A stretch of DNA of 64,000 nucleotides from Felis catus (lineage: Eukaryota), in NCBI RefSeq assembly GCF_018350175.1, contig NC_058368.1:191582001-191646000 (forward strand). The letters are read 5' to 3'. Below the pieces are notes generated by a model, which saw only the letters and a program-made list of their open reading frames with translations, made no database searches and was not told where the DNA came from. Below are positions 37,247-49,776 of this stretch, piece by piece. The position numbers were made by a program, and so were the translations under genes. Every line of letters starts with the position of its first letter. Within the stretch, counting starts at the first letter, position 1.

Positions 37247-39433
37247 ATAAGCCTGGTTTTCCTGCAGTGACACTCCAGGGGTTCTACTGGCAAAGTTTAA
37301 CATCAAACTCACTGGCAGAGGAGAAATGTTTGCAACATGCAACCCTAGTATTACAAACAGGGCAATGATGAGTAGATTTGGAGCTGACAGGCAATACATT
37401 GGTATCAGTCCACCCCTTTGAATATTCAGCTTCTCTATGCATCACCCTATAGACATTTGAACTTCTGTACAATGAACCAAATATGTTCTAACTTACAGGA
37501 TATAGCTATCCTTTTTACAAGTGAAGAAGTTCTCACTCTTTTCTCAAGAGAAAGAGACACAAAATCCCACAACCTTTGTATCTGTGTCAGACTATATTAA
37601 TTACTCCTCAAATCTGAAGTCCTGATGAATATTCTGCTAATCAGAAATTTACCTCAAAAACTTACATAAACAATAGTAATGGGGAAATAAAGCAAGAAAA
37701 AAAACTGGTTAGCATACACAAATACAATAAGCAAAGAGAAAATAGTCCTTGTTTCTGTAAGTGGTCACAGAGGCTGGAATTGATATCTGTGACTTCCTTC
37801 TTCCACTGTTCATTCCATATTTTCCTGGTCCTCAGCCAGAACCTAAGCTGGTCAGTTTTCACCTGGTGGAGTGAACAAACCTTTATTTCTAAGGGTTCAA
37901 ATCCTAAGTGGGCAATGACTTTGAAGATATTTGTGTCTCATGTGAGTGCTCCCCAAAGTTACGTCCACTGCAGAGAAGTCTCTTAATAACTCCCCGAAAG
38001 GGCAGAGATATGGATTTGGGGAAAGGAGACAATGCAACAGATGTCATTACTGCCAGAGCAAGAAAGATCTGGTCATGACTTACTCATGCCTTCTGCCCCT
38101 ATCTGAGCTCTATCTCTCGTTTGCCATTCTACTTGATAGATTGTACACACACTCAACCTTATGGTGGGGTGTGTGAGACACACCCAATTGATGACAAGAA
38201 GCGTAGGTCACATGGTCATCTAATGTACCATCATTAGGAATGTAGTAGTCTCCCCAGAGGAACCGGCAATAAAGAAGCCATTTCTCAAAATGATAATAGT
38301 TATCAGCAAAAGAGGGCATGGATTTGTTTCAACAACATAGATATGTATGCTGTGATCTATTGGTGCTTGTCAGAGACTCCATACAGCATTCCTAGTGGCC
38401 ACAGATAATTCAGGTATAATTCAATCTGTAGGATCATAAGGTCCAAGTGATAGAGCAGCTCATAATGCAGCCTGGAAATGCTGCAGAGGCTTTTATTTTT
38501 TCTCTGTTCCCCAGTTGAAATTGGCAACTGTACAAGGTGACTTCATAGATAGGTTGAAGTAGCACACTCAAATGTGGTATATATTGACTCCTAAGTCCAA
38601 AAATGTCTACCGAACATTGTGTCTCCTTTTTCATAATGTGTGACACAAGATTGAACAACCTGTATTTTACCTTGGAGGATATAGCTTGGCATATCTCAAG
38701 TAAGCGAACCCCCCCAAACCTTCACGGAAGTGGTGGGACCCTGAAATTGTATGCGCTTTATTTCCCATCATCTCATTCATATTTTTTTCCAAAGTATCAA
38801 ATGACTCGCTACTTCTTATTTATCAGATTAAAACAACATAATATAACCAGTGTAGTAGACCAGTGTGGTATTTGGTAGATGGTCAAGATGATCAAGATCA
38901 TTGCAGACTATTTTATGCCAGAGAGAAGAATTGATGTAACCCTGAGGCAAGATGTAAAGATATATTGTTGGCTCTGCAGAGAGAAATAAACTGCTTCTGG
39001 TGGTCCCTGAAAATTGGCATGGTGAAAACATCATAACCCAGGTGAATAGTTACATACCAAATGCTAGGACCATGTCACTTTGCCCTAGTAAAATCACTAT
39101 ATCCGAGGTGGCAGTTGCAATTGGAATCAAAACCTGATTAACTTATGATAGTCCATAGTCTTCAAGACCCACTCAACTTCTGTATAGGTCAACCAGATGG
39201 GTTGAATGAAGATGTGATATGTATCACATGCCCATATCTCTCAGATCTTTGGTGGTGTCATCAATCTCTGCAATTCCGTCAGGAATAGAGTATTGCTTCT
39301 GGTTAACTATCTTGGTAGTGAGAAGTTCCAGGGGCTTCCAGTTGGCCCTTCCTACCATAATAATTCTGTTTCAGAGAAGCATGTGGATATTCCACCTATT
39401 TACTGGTATGTCTCTTCAAATTCTACATTAAGG

Positions 39434-39582
39434 AGGGGTACCTGGGTGGCTTAGTTGGCAAAGCATCCAACTCTTGATCTGAGCTCAGATCTTGGCTCAG
39501 ATCTTGACTTTAGATCCGTGAGTTCAAGCCCCACATTGGGCCCTGCACTGGGCATGAAGCCTACTTAAAAAATATAAAGAGA
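39434..39582 (+). mobile_element. Short CanSINE lacking the CT tract
   Basis: GGGGTACCTGGGTGGCTTAGTTGG head; TSD TACATTAAGGA; internal CTCAGATCTTG duplication. Confidence 0.85.
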
Positions 39583-40499
39583 TACATTAAGGAACTGGAG
39601 CAAATAACCATGGAATAGGTCTAGTGGTGGGAGGTGGTAAACCAGTCATAGTATGATTAAGACTTGAACTAAGAGTCTATCTATAACTTGATTGCCATAA
39701 GGCTCTTACTCTGTGTCCCAGAAATTAGCATCAATTCAAAGCCATTGTCTAGTAATCTCTGAAAGATCTGTTCATTTCCTTTTCCCCAAATGCTTAGTCA
39801 TTCTAGTATGGCTACAGATTTCTTGCAGAAGGTTTGGAGGAAGATTTATGGTATGTACTTGTGGCGATGTTACAAGGTCTTTCCTCAAAGGGACCTAGAC
39901 TCCCCTTCAATCAAGGAACCTAAGCGTCCGTGAATTGGTTTAGGCCTGGAAATGAGGCTGTAACTAACCACTGTGGTGATGCAAGTCAGATTTTCTGCTA
40001 TCAGAGCTAGAGGTTTCTTTAGTTATATAGATAAAGCAATATACTAGAAACTTGTCCATAAATTTTGTTACTGGGACAACACAATCAGTTAAGCACTTCC
40101 AAAGGGCTTCATAGGCCAAGGCATTCTAATTACCAGTATGTCCCTGCTGCTCTTTATGGTTGCAAAGTGTGGCCACCTTGTATTTAGAAGTATTGCCACT
40201 TGGCCTCTGCTGCTCTGTAATATTATCATACTTATTGAAATCAAGGAACAGCTTGGATGTCACACATGCTAGCTAAGAACCAGAGGGGCAAGAAGCAAGG
40301 AAAATACACCAGAACTAGACAAAAAAGAAAAGACAAACAAAAACACCTTCCAGCACCCTCTACTGGCAAAGCTTTATTGCATGCAAGCTGGCAAAAGGAA
40401 AACATTTACAAAATATAGCTCTAGTATCACAAGAAGGGTGATAAAAAGTAGATTTAGAGCTGTTAGGCAATAAAATGATAGCTTTCACCTTAAGAATGT

Positions 40500-40964
40500 T
40501 GCTTTGAACAATTTATCAACTAAAATGAAAGACGGCTTCCATTGAGAGGGTGCTCAGAGCAGTAAGTTCTCTATAGCAGGTCCATGACATAGTGGAAACA
40601 GCCCTGACTTGTAGGTCATATATACTACCAGTCTTTAGGTTTTAAAGAAATTTAAGTCAGAAAAGATATATGTATAATGTTGTGACACGCCTCAAAGAAG
40701 AATCACATCATCAACACTATAGCATGGTGAAGAAAGGCCATAGCACTGGCAGCAGAAAACTATACACCATTAAAAAAGCTTCTCTTGACAGGCAACTAGA
40801 TGCTGGTAAAAACAGAGAATCTAATCATGGAACATCAAGTGACTATGGGGCCAGAACTGCCCATCATGAAATGGGTTCTTTCAGACCCACCCAAGTCGTA
40901 AGTTTAGAAAGGTCTTGAAACATCATAAGTTTAGAAAGGTCTTGAAACAATCTACTGTAAGGTA
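40500..40964 (+). pseudogene. ERV-L internal region part 2 (pol connection region)
   Basis: Resumes pol after the inverted provirus; CCAGAACTGCCCATCATGAAATGGGTTCTTTCAGACCCACCC encodes PELPIMKWVLSDPP. Confidence 0.8.
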
Positions 40965-42138
40965 GAAATTTCTAGCCATTATTTCTTCAAATCATTTTCT
41001 GTCCCTTTCTCTTCCTCTTCTCCTTCCAGGTGTCCTTCTGGGCATCCCCTCCCCCAAACCTGGGGAAGAAGACTGGTAACTAGATTCAGGAACCCCAAAG
41101 AGTTCCAAATAAGAAGAACCCAAACCCACACGAAGACACATTATAATTAAAATGTCAAATTTAGAAAGAAAGAAAGAATCTTAAAGCATCAAAGGAAAAG
41201 CAACTTTTTTATATACAAGGGAACTACTATAAGACCATCAGCATAATTTTCAGCAGAAACCTTGCAGGCCAGATAGAAATGGAATGATATATTCAAAATG
41301 ATGAAGGAAAAATGCTTCCAAGTATTCCAGGAATAGTCTACCTGGCAAAGTTAACATTCAGGATTGAAGGAGAAATAAAGAGTTTCTCAGACAAGTAAAA
41401 GCTAAAGGAGTTCATCACCACTAAACTGGCCTTTCGAGAAATGCTGAAGGGACTTCTTTAAACTGAAAGTAAAGGGCACATATTAACAACAAGAAAACAT
41501 ATGAAAGAATAAATCTTACTGGAAAGGTAAATATATAGTAAAGGTGGTAATCACTTATAAAGCTAGTATGAAAGTTAAAACACTAGTAATAAAAACAACT
41601 GTGATTGCAATAATTAGGCAAGAGATACACAAGATAAAAAGACATGAAATGTGAAATCAAAACGTAAAGCGTGAGGGAGAGAGTAAAAATGTGGAGCTTT
41701 AGAATGCAAACATGTTATCAACTGAAACTTTTACAAATATAAGTTGTTATATGTAAGCCACATAGTAACTAAAAAGTAAAAATTTAATATAAATACGCAA
41801 AATTTAAAGAAAAAGTAAGCATATCACTTAAGAAAGTACTCAAATCACACACACACACAATAATAATAAAAAGAGAAAGAGAAGAGAGGAACCTACAACA
41901 AAATTCAGGAAACAATTAATAAAATGGTAATAAATGCATATCTATCAATACTTACATTAAATGTAAAGAAACTAAATTCTCTAAACAAAAGACATAGAGT
42001 GGCTGAATGGATGAAAACAAAACAAAACAAAAACATAACCCATTTATGTGCTGTCTATAAGAGACACACTTTAGATGTAAGGACACACCACTGAAAATGA
42101 AGGGATGATAATAAGATATTCAATTCAAAGTGAAAACA

Positions 42139-42270
42139 GGGGTGCCTGAGTAGCCCAGTCAGGTAAGTTATCAACTCTTGATTTCAGCTCAGGTCAGGAT
42201 CTCACAGTTCATGGAATTAAGCCCTGCATCGAGCCCTGTGCTGAGAGCATGGAGACTACTTGGGATTCTC

Positions 42271-42305
<35 letters not shown>

Positions 42306-42380
42306 ACCCCTCCCCTGCTTCTTCTCACGCTCTCTCTCTCTCTAAAAATAAATAAACATTTTAAAAACCTAAAAAAAACC
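42139..42380 (+). mobile_element. CanSINE inside L1 ORF2
   Basis: Head/CT/A tail; TSD TGAAAACA. Confidence 0.93.
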
Positions 42381-45300
42381 CTGAAAACAAAGAAAGCTGG
42401 AGTAGCTATCCATATATCAGACAAAATAGTCTTTAAAACAAAGATCGTAATAAGAGACAAAGAAGAGCATTACATAATGATTAAGGGGTTAATCAGACAA
42501 GAGGGTGTAAGCCTCTATTTGTAAATATCTATGCATACAACATAGGGACATCTAAATATATAAAGCTCTTTTTATAAGCAAACCTAACGGGAGAAATAGG
42601 TAGCAATATAGTAACAGTACAGGAACTCTAATATCCCACTTATCCACCCATCAATGGATAGATCATCCAGACAGAAAATAAGTAAGGAAGCATCAGCCTC
42701 AAATGACACATTAGACCAGATGGACTTTAAAAATACACATCAAACATTCCATCCAAAAGGAATAGATTAACATTTGCCTCAAGTATATATGGAATACTCT
42801 CCAGGACAGATCATATGTTAGGCCACAAAACGAATCTTAATATATTTAGCAAAAATGAAATTTAATCAAGCATCATTTCCAACTACAATGATATGAAACT
42901 AAATCAATTATACAAAGAAAACTACAAAATTCACAAATATGTGGAAATTTTACAATATGCTACTGAATAACCAATGAATCAAAGAAAAAAATGAAAAAGA
43001 AATAAAGAATACCTTGAGACAAACAAAAATGAAGATATAACACAGAAAAATTTATGGAATGTAGCAAAAACAGTTCTGAGAGGGAAATTCATAGTGACAT
43101 AGGCCTACCTCAAGAAATGGGAAAAGGCTCAGATAAACAACCTGACCTTACATCTCAGGTACTAGAAAAAGAATAGAAAACAAAGCCCAAAGTTGGTAGA
43201 AGAAGGGAATTTACAAAAATTAGAGAAGAAATAAACGAAAGAGAGACTAAAAACACAATAGAAAAGATCAACAAAACTCGGAGCTGTTTGGTTTTTTGTT
43301 TTTGTTTTTGTTTTTTTAATAACCAGAATTGAAAACATTAGGTAGTCTCACCAAGAGGAAAAAAAAATAGAGAGATGGCTCAAATAAATAAAATAATATA
43401 TGAAAGAGATGTTACAACTTGTACCACAGACATACAGAAGATCATAGGAGATGACTATGAGCAATTATGTTGCAACAAACTGAACAATCAAGAGGAAATA
43501 AATTCCTAAAAACATGCAACCTACCAACACTGAATCATGAAGAAATAGAAATCTAAACAGAGTGATTAGTAATAAGGAGATTGAATCAGTAGTCAAAATC
43601 TCCCAACCCAAAAAGTCCAGAACCAGATGTCTTCATTGGTGAATTCTATCACACATTCAAAGAAGATTAATACCAATCCTCAAAGTCTTCCAAAAAACAG
43701 AAGAGGGAACTCTCTCTCCAACTCATTTTACAAGGCCAACCTCACCCTGATATCAAACCAAACAAGGATTCCACAAGAAAATAATATTACAGGCTAATAT
43801 CCCTGATGAACACAAATGCAAAAATTCTCAGCAAATGTTAGCAAACCAAAGTCAACAACACATTAAAAAGATCATGCACCATGATCAAATGGTATTTATT
43901 CTAGGGATGCAAGGATGGTTCAATATCCACAAATCAATCAATGTGATATACCATATTAACAAAATGAAGGGTAAAAATCATATGATCATCTCAACAGATG
44001 CAGAAAAAAGCATGAAAAATTTCAACATCCATTTAATGTTTAAATAAAAACTCTCAAAAGAGCACATGTAGAGGAAACCTACCTCAATGTAATAAAGGCC
44101 ATATTTGGTGAGCTCACAGGCAACATCATATTAAATAATGAAAAGCTGAACGCTTTACCTTTAAGATCAGAAATAAGATAACGATGCCCCTTCTCACCAC
44201 TTTTATTTAATTTCATATTGGAAATTCCTAGTTAGAGCAATTAAACAAGAAAAAGAAATAAAAATCATCCAAAGTTGAAAGAAGTAGAACTGTCACTATT
44301 TGCAGATGGCATGATATTATAAAGAGAAAACCATAAAGACTCCATCAAAAAAAAAAACTGTTAGAATTAATAAATAAATTCAGTAAAGTTGAAGAATACA
44401 AATCAATACACAAAAATCTGTTGCATTTCTATATACTACTAATGAACTATCATAAAGAGAAATTAAGAAAAAAGTCCCATTTATAATTCGCCAAAAGAAT
44501 AACACCCCTAGAAATAAATTTACCAAGGAAGTGAAAGACCTACATGTTGAAAACTGTAAGACGTTAATAAAAAGAAGACAACACAAATAAATGGAAAAAT
44601 ATTCCATTCTCATGGATTGGAAGAATTAACATTGTTAAAATGTCCATATTATTCCATCTACAGATTCAATGCCATCTCTAAAAAATGCCAATGGCATTCT
44701 TCATATATACAGAAAAATCAATATTAAAATTTGTATGGAACCACGAGGGAATCTTGAGAAAGAAAAACAAAGCTGGAGGCATAATTTCAAATTCTGATTT
44801 CAAATTCTATTACAAAGCTGTAGTAGTAAACAAAATAGTGTGGTATTGGCATAAAAACACATAGACACATTCATCAATGGAAATGAATAGAGAGCCCAAA
44901 ATAAATCCATACATATATGGTTAATTAATTTACAACAAAGGAGCCAAAAATATACAATGGGAAAAGGGCAGTCTCTTCACTAACTGGTGTTTGGAAAACT
45001 GGAAATCCACATGAGAATGAAATTTGACCACTATCTTACACCATACACAATGCCAAAGCAACCTACTAAATGGCAGAAAATAATTGCAAATCATGTATCT
45101 GATAAGAGGTTAATATCTAAATTATTTAAAGAACTCATACAACTCAACATCAAAAAACCAAACAATCCAACTAAAAAATGGGCAAAAGATCTGAATAGAC
45201 ATTTTTCTAGAGATGACATACAGATGGCCAATGCTAATGAAAACCACAATGAGATATTACTTCACATCTGTTAGAATGGCTGTTACCAAAAAGACAAGAA

Positions 45301-45611
45301 ATAACAAGTGTGGGCAAGGATGTGGAGAAAAAGGAACACTTGTGCACTATTGACCGTAACGTAAACTAGTGTGGCCACTATGGAAAAGTGCATAGCGTTC
45401 CTTAAAAAGTTAAAAATAAAACTACCATACAGTCTAGCAGTTCTACTTCTGGAACTTCTGGTGTTTATCCAAAGAAAATGAAAACACCATCTCAAAAAGC
45501 TATATGCAATACCATATTCATTCATAATTCATTGCAGCATTATTTATAATAGCCAAGATACAGAAGCAACCTAAATGTCCATTGATGGATAAATGGCTAA
45601 AGAAATTATGC

Positions 45612-45638
45612 CATATTACCATATGTACCATTGTACCA

Positions 45639-45671
<33 letters not shown>

Positions 45672-45835
45672 GGTATATATACAATTATATATATATAATA
45701 TATATAATTATATATATTATATATATATAATTATATATATATGGTATATATATATAATTATATATATTATATATATATAATTGGGCCATATATACACACA
45801 TATATAAAAAATATATATAGTATATAAAATATTAT
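45612..45835. repeat. Complex (TA)n-rich, partly palindromic repeat in L1 3' UTR
   Basis: Direct reading. Confidence 0.95.
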
Positions 45836-45949
45836 TCAGCTATAGAAAAATAATGAAATCTTGCCATTTGAAATAATGCGGATGGATTTCCAGGTGGTGG
45901 GAGGTGAGAGAAATGAATGAAAGGGTTATTAAATATTAAAGAAAAAATT

Positions 45950-46247
45950 CAACAGAATAAAGGGCAAGGAGATGAATAGAAAAAAAGAAAAATAAATGGC
46001 CATTTATGTTCAACTCTACTAGAACTTAGGGAAATACAACACATAATAATATTGAGAATGCACATACAATATTTATTGCAATTCTTTTTTAGGTATATAC
46101 ATATTAGAGACATTCTTGCATATGTAAACAAGTAGATATAGACATAGAATCTCAGCAACATTTTAGTTGTAAAAATTGGAAAAACCCCAATTCCCATTAA
46201 TAGGGAAATATATAAGTAAACTGTAACATATTTTCAATAAATAAATA
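45950..46247 (+). mobile_element. Old L1ME-like fragment ending in an AATAA-repeat tail
   Basis: GCAACATT..AAAAATTGGAAAAACCCCAATTCCCATTAATAGGGAA..AAACTGT. Confidence 0.6.
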
Positions 46248-48200
46248 AAGATAGAAGCAGTAGTTGTGGCATCAAACACGTCTATACCATAGACATAAGT
46301 ACAAGTACTATGCCGGAAGGCATAAGTAAGAAGTACAAGCTGATAACCCAGATTCCCACAATGTCCACATGTGTTATACCAGTGCTTCTCCCTCTACTCA
46401 CATGTATAGCCATGTTGCAGGGTGTCCCTTATTACTAGCGAGCAGAGGAGAAAAAGGCTGAGCTTGGTTCATGGACCAAATAGCTCAAATTGTGTTTGTA
46501 TGTGAACACAAACCAAAAATGAACTGCTATGTTACTGCCTTACTCAAGAATGTCCCAGAAAGGCAATGGGAAGTGGAAGTTCCCTCAGTGGGCAGAGTTT
46601 TAGGTGATGCTAATAGTCATCCACTTTGTATGAGAAGAAAGTGTCTTGGAAAGAGAGAGTTTCAAACATAAGGAACAAGGAGGTCTGAGGAAGAAATATG
46701 TGGATGAACTACCAGAGTGGGAACAGATAGTAAATATCTTTCATTTAAATGTTAATAACTACAAGACATATGAACAGTGGAAGAGATACTAGTAAGCAGA
46801 TAGACCAGATGTCTTAGCAAGAAGACATCATCCAACCTCTCACTCACCACTGCAGTGCTGGTACAATGTTACCACAAATGGAATAGCTACGGTGGTTGGG
46901 ATGGAGGTTAGGCATTAGCCAATAGTAAGGGCAGCCACTCAGGAAGGCAGATCCAGCTACTGCCAATGCCAAATATATAACTTCCCAGCAGATGACACCA
47001 TACTGAACCCCCGAACTAGCTCCCATTCAAGGAGATTAGCCAATATAAGTTGATTATATTGGATTCCTTCCACCCTGGAAGGGGTGGCAATTCATCTTGA
47101 TGCAAATTGGAAAATTCTCTCAATACAGATTTGCCCTTCCTTCCCATACGGTCTCAATCAGCACCACTATATGAGAACTCAGAATGTTTGATCCAATGGC
47201 AGGGGATTCCACGAGCACTGCCTCAGACTGAGGGAGAAAGGCAATGGGCATACGACCATGATCCTGTCACATACCTCACTCTTCAAGGTTGATGGCCTGA
47301 TAGAATGATCAAATCGCCTTTTGAAGTCATGCCTAGACACCAGCTTGGATGATACACTGAATATGGGAAATACAGCCTAACTTAATTCTTATATGGTGCT
47401 ATGTCCACAACAGGTAGAAACATAGGTCCCAGAACTAAGAATTGGAATTGGAGTGGTTTTGTTAACTATCATTCCTAGAGACCAACTTGGGGAATTTGTG
47501 CATCCCATTTTCAAAAGTCTATGCTTCTCAGACCTAAGGGTTCTAGTTCTATGAGTGCAGTGTGTCCATAAGAAGACACTGCAAATGTTCAAGTAGACTT
47601 TAAATTATGATTGCCACCCATTCTCTTTAGGCTTCTTTTTATTTAAGATTTTATTTTTAAGTAATCTCTACACTCAACTTGGGGCTCAAACTCACAATCC
47701 CAAGATGAAAAGTCATATAATCCACCAACTGAGCCAGCCAGTGGCCCCTTATCTCTGTAGGCTTCTAACACCACCAAACCAGCAGGCAAAAAAGTGTCAC
47801 CACTCTGCTAATGGTTATTGGGAGTAGGTATATTGGGCACCCGGGTGATCTCCAAGAGCATCTCTTGGTACTCCCTTGCCAATTTTGAAGGTAAACAGAC
47901 AAGCAGAGCTGCCACAACCTGAAAATGGTGAGTAGAGGCTCAGACTAATCAAAGAAGGTCTGAGTTATTTCAGTGGGTAAGCAACTAAGTAAAAGAGGTA
48001 TTGCCTGAGGGAGAAGGAAGAGGGGAAGAAACGCGTTTCAGTTGACCCTGAGACCAGCTACAGCATCCGAGACTAGAGTCCACTCAACTAATCCTGCTCT
48101 TTTAAGTTTCTCCAGGAAGAAGAACAAATAATCCTGGAGGAATTGATGCCAGATTTAATGAGTTCATTATCTGAAGCAAGCAGCTCTCAAAAGCACATAC
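46248..48200 (+). pseudogene. ERV-L internal region part 3 (RNase H, integrase, 3' internal)
   Basis: GTTGATTATATTGGATTCCTTCCACCCTGGAAGGGG encodes VDYIGFLPPWKG, an integrase-core remnant; GGCCTGATAGAATGA..CTTTTGAAG. Confidence 0.85.
47636..47747 (-). mobile_element. Short old CanSINE
   Basis: TTTTTAAGTAATCTCTACAC..CTGAGCCAGCCAG; TSD TCTCT(T/G)TAGGCTTCT. Confidence 0.85.
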
Positions 48201-48204
48201 GATT

Positions 48205-48460
48205 TACTAATGGATGCTGTGGTGTACTACCCAGATTCACTGTTCAATATCGAAATGACCATTCCATCAGTATCTAGAAGTGTTGCCTGATGATGGCTCA
48301 GAGCTGTGGTCTTTCCCAAGAATTGCCCTCAGCTCAAGTCTCTGACCCTCTCCTTGGGGATAGCCTAGGAGATACAAGATTTTGGAGTCAGATAACCTTA
48401 CCCGAGTTGTGATATCTCTGAAGCGTCATCCTAGCTGCATGATTTTTTTGCAACTACATA
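48205..48460 (+). mobile_element. LTR16-like 3' LTR of the + strand ERV-L (partial)
   Basis: GGATGCTGTGGTGTACTACCCAGAT..GATGGCTCAGAGCTG..GAATTGCCCTCAGCT. Confidence 0.8.
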
Positions 48461-48939
48461 ACAGATCTCTTTTTAAAGTTATATTTAATAATACAAAAGA
48501 ACTTTAAAAAGTAGAAGTATGAAAAATGTATATATTATGAAAATAATAAAAGAAAACCAGGATGCCTACGTTAATAATAGATAAATTAGACATTAGGCAA
48601 AAGCATTAATAAAGATAAAGAGGGTCCCTATGAATAAATGGCTCTTGTCACCAGAAAGACATAATTCTAAACTGATATGGACCTAATTAATAGCTTCAAA
48701 ATGTATACAGTCAAAATGATCAGAATTACAAAAGAATTTTATAAATCCACCATCAAGAAGCACATTCTCAGTAACTGGTAGATCAAATGTACCAAAAAGA
48801 AAATTAGGATATAGAAAATCTAAACAACGCAATTAACATACAAGTCAACAAATTAAAAGTATTAGCTTGCTACCAAAAAATTCTCTGACCATAATAGAAC
48901 AAAGTTAAAATTCTAAATATTTTTAAAAAATAGAAAAAT

Positions 48940-49150
48940 GGGGTGCCTGGGTGGCTCAGTCGGTTAAGCGTCCGACTTCAGCTCAGGTCATGATCTCACA
49001 GTCCGTGAGTTCGAGCCCCGTGTCGGGCTCTGTGCTGACAGCTCAGAGCCTGGAGCCTGCTTCGGATTCTGTGTCTCCCTCTCCCTCTGACCCTCCCCCG
49101 TTCATGCTCTGTCTCTGTCTCAAAAATAAATAAACATTTAAAAAAATAGA
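48940..49150 (+). mobile_element. CanSINE
   Basis: TSD AAAAAATAGAAAAAT. Confidence 0.96.
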
Positions 49151-49308
49151 AAAATATAAAACATCCATATATTTGAAAATTCAAAAGCACATTAAAAGGG
49201 TTGGTGGCACAGTGAAATCATAACAGAAGTTGGAAAATTTTAAAACTTAAAACTGAATATCAATTAAAATATTACACATCAAACTTATGGGATACAGTGA
49301 GAATGACA

Positions 49309-49362
49309 TTTTTTTTTATTTTAGAGAGAGAGAGTGCAAACAGGGGAGAAGGACAGAGGGAG

Positions 49363-49409
<47 letters not shown>

Positions 49410-49532
49410 CCTAAGCAGGTTCCAAGCTAAGCATTGAGCCTGATGTGGGGCTCGATCCCATGACCCTGGGATCATGACCTGAGCTGAAATCAAGAGTCAG
49501 ACGCTCAACCAACTGAGCCATCCAGGTGCCCC
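49309..49532 (-). mobile_element. CanSINE with (GA)n
   Basis: Ends GAGCCATCCAGGTGCCCC. Confidence 0.95.
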
Positions 49533-49579
49533 AGAGAGCAACATTTATTAGGAAAATACGTAACTAGCTTTAAATACAC

Positions 49580-49762
49580 TTTATTTTTCTTTTCTTTTTT
49601 CTTTCCTTCCTTCCTTCCTTCCTTCCTTCCTTCCTTCCTTCCTTCCTTCCTTCCTTCCTTCCTTCCTTTCTCTTTCTTAAATAAGTTCTATGGTCAACAT
49701 GGGGCTTGAACTCATAACCCTGAGATCAGGAGTCACATGCCTGTATGCCAGGAAGGCACCCC
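49580..49762 (-). mobile_element. Short old CanSINE whose tail became (TTCC)n
   Basis: GGGGCTTGAACTCATAACCCTGAGATC..GGCACCCC; TSD TAAATACAC; TTCC run at ~49603-49667. Confidence 0.8.
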
Positions 49763-49776
49763 TAAATACACATTTT

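Larger units (their letters stand above)
36735..40490 (-). mobile_element. Second, internally deleted ERV-L provirus with two LTRs (LTR33/LTR41-like)
   Basis: LTR homology between 37180-37410 and 40295-40487; minus-strand remnants LLDNGFELMLI, ILPQGYINSSL, YIPHLSVLLQPIYEVT, MPSFADNYYHFEK. Confidence 0.88.
40965..45948 (+). mobile_element. ~5 kb decayed L1 (ORF1 3' half, ORF2, 3' UTR) with inverted 5' segment 40965-41050
   Basis: ORF1 remnant IQEPQRVPNKKNP..RHIIIKMS; ORF2 remnants [51 protein letters not shown] (decayed FADD); many stops. Confidence 0.96.

Noticed and set aside
41051..45948. Possible active L1
   Set aside because: No 5' UTR, truncated ORF1, SINE insertion, many stops and an apparent internal deletion near 45050.
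34430..48200. Possible domesticated retroviral gag/pol gene
   Set aside because: All frames are broken by stops, frameshifts and insertions, and the RT YxDD motif is decayed in both proviruses.
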